A stretch of 53,609 bases of DNA from Acidobacteria bacterium UBA823 (lineage in GTDB: Bacteria; Acidobacteriota; Vicinamibacteria; Vicinamibacterales; UBA823). The stretch is from contig DBHR01000046.1 of assembly GCA_002296225.1 (NCBI GenBank), forward strand, positions 3,291-56,899, given 5' to 3'. Positions within the stretch are counted from its first letter, which is position 1. Each line of letters starts with the position of its first letter. Both the position numbers and the translations under genes were made by a program. The notes beneath the pieces were generated by a model that ran no database searches, was not told where the DNA came from, and worked only from the letters and a program-made list of their open reading frames with translations. Shown in pieces: positions 49,144-53,609 of this stretch.

Positions 49144-50589
49144 TCACCCGTCGATCGCTTCCCGAAGCAGCTTGTCGACAACCTTCGGGTTGGCCTTGCC
49201 CTGCGTGGCTTTCATGACTTGTCCCACCAAGAAGCCAAGTGCACCACGTTTGCCAGAGCGATACTGTTCGACTGCATCGGCATGCTGGCTCAACACCTCA
49301 CGCACGGTTCCGGAGAGCGCGTTAGCGTCGTCAATCTGTGCCAACCCATCGCGTTCCACGATTGCCTCGGCGGACTCCCCCTCCACGTACATCTTTTCGA
49401 ATACGTCCTTGGCAACGGTTCCACTGATCGTGCCCCGCTCGACGAGCACAATAAGCCTTGACAAGGACTCCGGCGAGATACGCTCGCGGATAACCCCAAC
49501 TTCATCAGTCTGTTCGTCATTCAACTTACGGGTCAGCTCTCCGAGGGTCCAGTTGATCGCCGCCCTTGCCGGCGCCGACGCCTCCACGAGTTCCTCGAAA
49601 TAGGGGGCTAGCCCTGGCCTGATCTGCGTGACCTGTTCAGCCTGGTCACGTGTCAGGCCATACTTCGCCCTGAGCCGGTCGCGGGTCGCGGCCGGTAGCT
49701 CAGGAACCGAACGCCTTACCTCATCTACCCATGCTTCAGTGATCCGTAATGGGGGCAGGTCCGGCTCTGGAAAATAGCGATAATCGGGCGCCTCCTCTTT
49801 GCTCCGCATCGCCGCAGTGCGGTCTGCCCCAGCGTCCCAAAGACGGGTTTCCTGAATGACTCGACCGCCCGAACTTAACACTTCATGCTGACGAGCAATC
49901 TCGTGATCGAGAGCCCGTTCAAGAAATCGGAAAGAATTAAGATTCTTCACCTCGGCCTTCACACCTAGCGCTGACTGACCGTCAGGACGAATCGAAACGT
50001 TTGCGTCGCATCGGAGGCTGCCCTCTTCCATGTTGCCATCGTTAACAGCCAAAGCGACCAGAATCTCACGAAGAGCCACAAAGAATGCCTTCGCGTCGGC
50101 TGACGATCGCATGTCTGGCTCGGTAACAATTTCGATGAGTGGCACACCGCTACGGTTGAAGTCAAGGTAGGTCTTCCGGTCCGAATCCAGGTAACCCTCG
50201 TGCACCGACTTCCCAGCATCTTCTTCGAGATGAATTCGTGTAATCCCAATATCGATGTCAGAATCTGGCAAGGTCAGATGCCCGCCGGTAGCCAGCGGTA
50301 GTTCGTACTGCGATATCTGGTAGCCCTTCGGCAGATCGGGATAAAAATAGTTCTTTCGCGCAAAAATCGAGGTCGACTCGACCCGACAGCCCAAGGCCAC
50401 CGCTGCGCGGAGCCCCAACTCTACAGCGGCCCGGTTCAGGACCGGAAGCGCACCGGGCAGGCCGAGACACACCGGGCATCCCTGCGTGTTAGCTGGTGCG
50501 CCGAAGCTGGTGCTGCAGCCGCAGAAGATCTTCGTTTGGGTCAGGAGTTGCGCGTGAATCTCAAGACCGATGACGGGTTCAAATTCCAT
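49144..50589 (-). CDS. gatB: Asp/Glu-tRNA amidotransferase subunit B
   Basis: VIGLEIHAQL.T.TKIFC.C, RKNYFYPDLPKGYQISQ, HLEEDAGK, D.NRSG.PLIEIV.EPD, MRSKE...DYRYFPEPDL. Start set to the ATG at 50589. Confidence 0.97.
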   Translation of the reverse strand: MEFEPVIGLEIHAQLLTQTKIFCGCSTSFGAPANTQGCPVCLGLPGALPVLNRAAVELGLRAAVALGCRVESTSIFARKNYFYPDLPKGYQISQYELPLATGGHLTLPDSDIDIGITRIHLEEDAGKSVHEGYLDSDRKTYLDFNRSGVPLIEIVTEPDMRSSADAKAFFVALREILVALAVNDGNMEEGSLRCDANVSIRPDGQSALGVKAEVKNLNSFRFLERALDHEIARQHEVLSSGGRVIQETRLWDAGADRTAAMRSKEEAPDYRYFPEPDLPPLRITEAWVDEVRRSVPELPAATRDRLRAKYGLTRDQAEQVTQIRPGLAPYFEELVEASAPARAAINWTLGELTRKLNDEQTDEVGVIRERISPESLSRLIVLVERGTISGTVAKDVFEKMYVEGESAEAIVERDGLAQIDDANALSGTVREVLSQHADAVEQYRSGKRGALGFLVGQVMKATQGKANPKVVDKLLREAIDG

Positions 50590-50633
50590 CGCCACTGGAC
50601 GCGCCTCTAGGCCCTGATGCCGGGGGCCGACCA

Positions 50634-52232
50634 CTAAGCACGGGGGCCCGCCGCGACCACGGCCGGGTCGGCGGATGCTTCGAAAGCCTTGAAATTGTCG
50701 CGAAACATCGCGGCCAATCTTACAACCTGTGTGTCATAGTCCGCCGGTCGTGCCCAAGCCCTTCGGGGCGTCAATATGTCCTTCGGCACCCCCGGGCAAC
50801 TGGTCGGTACGTCCACACGAAAGACCGGGTCCTCAACGTACTGGGCGTCATCAAGCACGCCAGACAGTGCAGCTCGAATCGTTGCCCGCGTATGCGCAAG
50901 AGACATCCGCGACCCAGCGCCATAGGCGCCGCCCGTCCACCCTGTGTTGATCAGCCAGACAGTCGCGCCGTGCTGTGCGAGTCGCTTCCCGAAGAGTTTC
51001 GCGTAAACGGTCGGGTGCCACACCATGAACGGCGCACCGAAGCAGGTACTGAAGACTGCCTTCGGCGCATTAAGCCCTGCCTCGGTACCCGCGACCTTGG
51101 CCGTGTAGCCGGACAGAAAATGGTACATGGCCGCCGCGGGTGTCAACCGTGCGATCGGCGGAAGCACTCCGAAGGCATCCGCCGACAACATCACCACGTG
51201 CTGAGGGTGCCCGCCGCAACCCGAAGATACATGGTTCTCGATATACGAAATCCCGTAGGCCCCGCGCGTGTTCTCGGTTAGCGTGTCATCGGTGAGATCT
51301 AGTTGGTGGGTCACGGGGTCGATGACAACGTTTTCGAGCAGCGTACCGAACCGCCGCGTGGTCGCATAGATTTGAGGCTCGGCTTCCGCCGACAGGTCGA
51401 TGAGCTTCGCATAACAGCCACCCTCGAAATTGAAGATGCCGTCATCCGACCAACCATGCTCATCGTCACCGATTAACCCCCGTTCAGCGTCACTCGATAA
51501 GGTCGTCTTACCGGTGCCCGACAGTCCAAAAAAGAGGGCCGTATCCCCACTTGCACCGCGATTAGCCGAACAGTGCATCGGCAAGACCGATCGAAGTGGC
51601 AACAGATAGTTCATCACCGTGAAAATCGATTTCTTAATCTCCCCGGCATAGGCGGTACCGCCAATTAGCACGAGTCGTTTCTCGAAACTTACAGCGATCA
51701 CGGTTCGCGAATTCGTACCGTGGCGCTCGGGATCGGCAACAAACGACGGAGCGTTGAGCACCGTAAACTCCGGGATGTGCGCCGCCAATCGTACGGGGTC
51801 CTCCTCACATATAAAGATATGATGCGCGAACAGACTGTGCCACGCGGTCTCGGTCACGACGCGGACCGGAAGTCGATAGCGTGGATCTGCACCAGCGTAC
51901 CCATCCCGCACCCATAGTTCCCGCCCGTCGAGATGACATGCGAGGTCACGGTGCAGAACATCAAACTGCTCCGGCGAGAGCGACTTGTTCACCGTGCCCC
52001 ACCAGACGTTGTCAGCGCTCGACGCTTCGCGCACAATGAACTTATCGTGCGGAGACCGGCCCGTGTGGGGCGTCGTCACACACACGAGCGGGCCGGACTC
52101 AGCGATGGTGCCTTCGCCACGTCGAACAGCGCCCTCAACGAGCGAGTCCACGCTGAGATTCCAGTGGACGGCTGATGGATTCGTAATTCCGTGGGCCTTA
52201 AGCCCGCAGGCTGGCTGAGCGTAGTCGACCAT
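50634..52232 (-). CDS. pckA: phosphoenolpyruvate carboxykinase (ATP)
   Basis: TGRSP.DK, YAGEIKKS, MHCSAN, FFGLSGTGKTTLS, GDDEHGW, NFEGGCYAK, FSTCFGAPF. Confidence 0.97.
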   Translation of the reverse strand: MVDYAQPACGLKAHGITNPSAVHWNLSVDSLVEGAVRRGEGTIAESGPLVCVTTPHTGRSPHDKFIVREASSADNVWWGTVNKSLSPEQFDVLHRDLACHLDGRELWVRDGYAGADPRYRLPVRVVTETAWHSLFAHHIFICEEDPVRLAAHIPEFTVLNAPSFVADPERHGTNSRTVIAVSFEKRLVLIGGTAYAGEIKKSIFTVMNYLLPLRSVLPMHCSANRGASGDTALFFGLSGTGKTTLSSDAERGLIGDDEHGWSDDGIFNFEGGCYAKLIDLSAEAEPQIYATTRRFGTLLENVVIDPVTHQLDLTDDTLTENTRGAYGISYIENHVSSGCGGHPQHVVMLSADAFGVLPPIARLTPAAAMYHFLSGYTAKVAGTEAGLNAPKAVFSTCFGAPFMVWHPTVYAKLFGKRLAQHGATVWLINTGWTGGAYGAGSRMSLAHTRATIRAALSGVLDDAQYVEDPVFRVDVPTSCPGVPKDILTPRRAWARPADYDTQVVRLAAMFRDNFKAFEASADPAVVAAGPRA

Positions 52233-52334
52233 GCGAGATCTTCAGCAGCGTATTGCTGAGTCGAGGACCTCGTTCGCGAAGGCCGGACGATCTCGACCGC
52301 TATGACTGGAGGAGGGTCGTACGTACATCAAGCG

Positions 52335-52364
52335 ATATTAGGCGTGACAATTTAATAAAGTCAA
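52335..52364 (-). promoter_or_regulatory. sigma70-like promoter of pckA
   Basis: Minus strand TTGACT (52364-52359), 18-nt spacer, TAATAT (52340-52335), within an AT-rich patch. Confidence 0.55.
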
Positions 52365-52428
52365 CCGCCCTTCACCGTTTATCTCCACGCTAACCTCCCA
52401 CCTAGTTCTCGCCGATAACCTGAGCGAC

Positions 52429-53439
52429 ATGTCCCGGCAGCTTCCCGCCCGAACCGGCTGGCGCACGTGCGCGAGTCTGGCCAGCTTGGCCGGCCTCGCT
52501 CTACTGGCTACTGGATGTGCGTCGACCCCTAGAACACCGCCGAATGTCATGCCGCGAGTCGACCCTAAACCAGTCGATCGGGTCGTTCGCATCCTAGTCA
52601 CCCAAGGAGGGCACGAACGGATCGTCGCACTCGGGCTCGAAGACTACATCGTCGGGTCAGTACTGGCGGAGACGGCGCTCGGCACCATCTCGGCAGACGC
52701 CGTAAGCACCGTCGCCCGCTTCCAAGCAGTGTTGGCTCGTACCTATGCCATCGCCAACCTCGGCCGCCACGACGGAAAACACTTCGACCTCTGCTCGGAA
52801 ACGCACTGCCAACTCTATCGCTCGCCTGAGACATTCCCCCCCAGACTTCAGAGGATCGCCAGGACGGCATCCGTTGAAACCCGCGGCGTCATCCTCACCT
52901 ACGAAGGGCGGCCGATCCAAGCGCTTTACCACTCGGACTGCGGCGGTCACACGAGCGACGCCGGCATTGTCTGGGGCGGACCGACGCCACCTTACCTGCT
53001 CGGGGTTTCCGACGCGGCCGAGGGTGTACATTATGGGTGGGAGTTCGACGTCCCGCTCGATCGATTGCGACACGCGCTCAACCGTAACGCCCGCACCCGT
53101 GTGGGCGCCAGGCTTAATCGGATCGACGTGATTCAGCGCGACGTCGCTGGTCGGGCCATGCGTGTCGTCATCGATGGCGAACTTGTGGCGACAGTCCGCG
53201 GCGAAGAGTTGCGTGCGGTGCTGACCGCGAGTTTCGGCGCCCGGACTGTCCGCAGCACGCGATTCGACGTCCGGCGCGACGGCGAACAATTCAAGTTTTC
53301 GGGCTCCGGCTTTGGCCATGGCGTGGGTGTGTGCCAAGTAGGCGCAATCAGCCTCGCCGGCCGCGGCGAGGCTTTCGATAAGATTCTCCAGTACTATTAC
53401 TCCGGGGTAAGCCTTGAACACCTGACCCGGGTACCTTGA
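52429..53439 (+). CDS. SpoIID/LytB-domain lytic transglycosylase-like lipoprotein
   Basis: Lipobox LLATGC; LEDY..G.V.AE, QAVLARTYA, FDLC...HCQ.Y, YHS.CGG.T, G.GFGHGVG.CQ.GA, IL.YYY.G. Confidence 0.88.
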   Translation: MSRQLPARTGWRTCASLASLAGLALLATGCASTPRTPPNVMPRVDPKPVDRVVRILVTQGGHERIVALGLEDYIVGSVLAETALGTISADAVSTVARFQAVLARTYAIANLGRHDGKHFDLCSETHCQLYRSPETFPPRLQRIARTASVETRGVILTYEGRPIQALYHSDCGGHTSDAGIVWGGPTPPYLLGVSDAAEGVHYGWEFDVPLDRLRHALNRNARTRVGARLNRIDVIQRDVAGRAMRVVIDGELVATVRGEELRAVLTASFGARTVRSTRFDVRRDGEQFKFSGSGFGHGVGVCQVGAISLAGRGEAFDKILQYYYSGVSLEHLTRVP

Positions 53440-53609
53440 CAAGCCGGATTTCGTTAAGGTCGAGATCGTAGCTGCGGTGCACCAAACTCGAGTTAACCCC
53501 ATTTACGACAAGTATTTACGGCATGTGTGGTTGTTGGCGAGGCAACCCGTAGTGTAAAACCATCCGGAAGTCGCCTCCCACGATAAGTCCGCAGTAAACG
53601 CTCGGGGCG

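Noticed and set aside
48662-49603. 313-aa plus-strand ORF
   Set aside because: It overlaps gatB and the 96-aa gene antisense, crosses a promoter and has no recognisable domain.
53440-53609. ncRNA or gene start at the window end
   Set aside because: No recognisable structure or ORF; the context is cut off by the window edge.

Overview
Core-genome segment of a GC-rich Gram-negative bacterium. Gene content and order (rplM-rpsI-rpsB-tsf-pyrH-frr, stand-alone gatB, Gly-rich TonB) suggest Acidobacteriota, probably Vicinamibacterales/subdivision 6; this is inference, not a database result. It holds about 60 housekeeping CDSs (translation, LPS/lipid, riboflavin, peptidoglycan recycling, chaperonins, SelB, RNase R, PckA) and one tRNA-Ala(CGC). 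No mobile element or CRISPR array was seen. The main result is not called by the ORF track: both proteins of the signal recognition particle (SRP) pathway appear only as decayed relics. A ~45-codon ffh 5' remnant with two in-frame stops lies directly upstream of rpsP (28400-28533, minus strand). A frameshifted ftsY 3' remnant lies between gpsA and ribD (31642-31900, minus strand). This suggests loss of the near-universal SRP pathway in a genome that does not otherwise look minimal; whether intact copies exist elsewhere cannot be seen from this window. Other signs of erosion are a truncated PolX, a truncated RodZ, a degenerate GTP cyclohydrolase II domain and a possible aroQ ghost. A nagZ-ldcA-mpl-pxpBC cluster with a divergent GHMP kinase may encode a non-canonical cell-wall recycling route. 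All homology calls are by eye against remembered family motifs.
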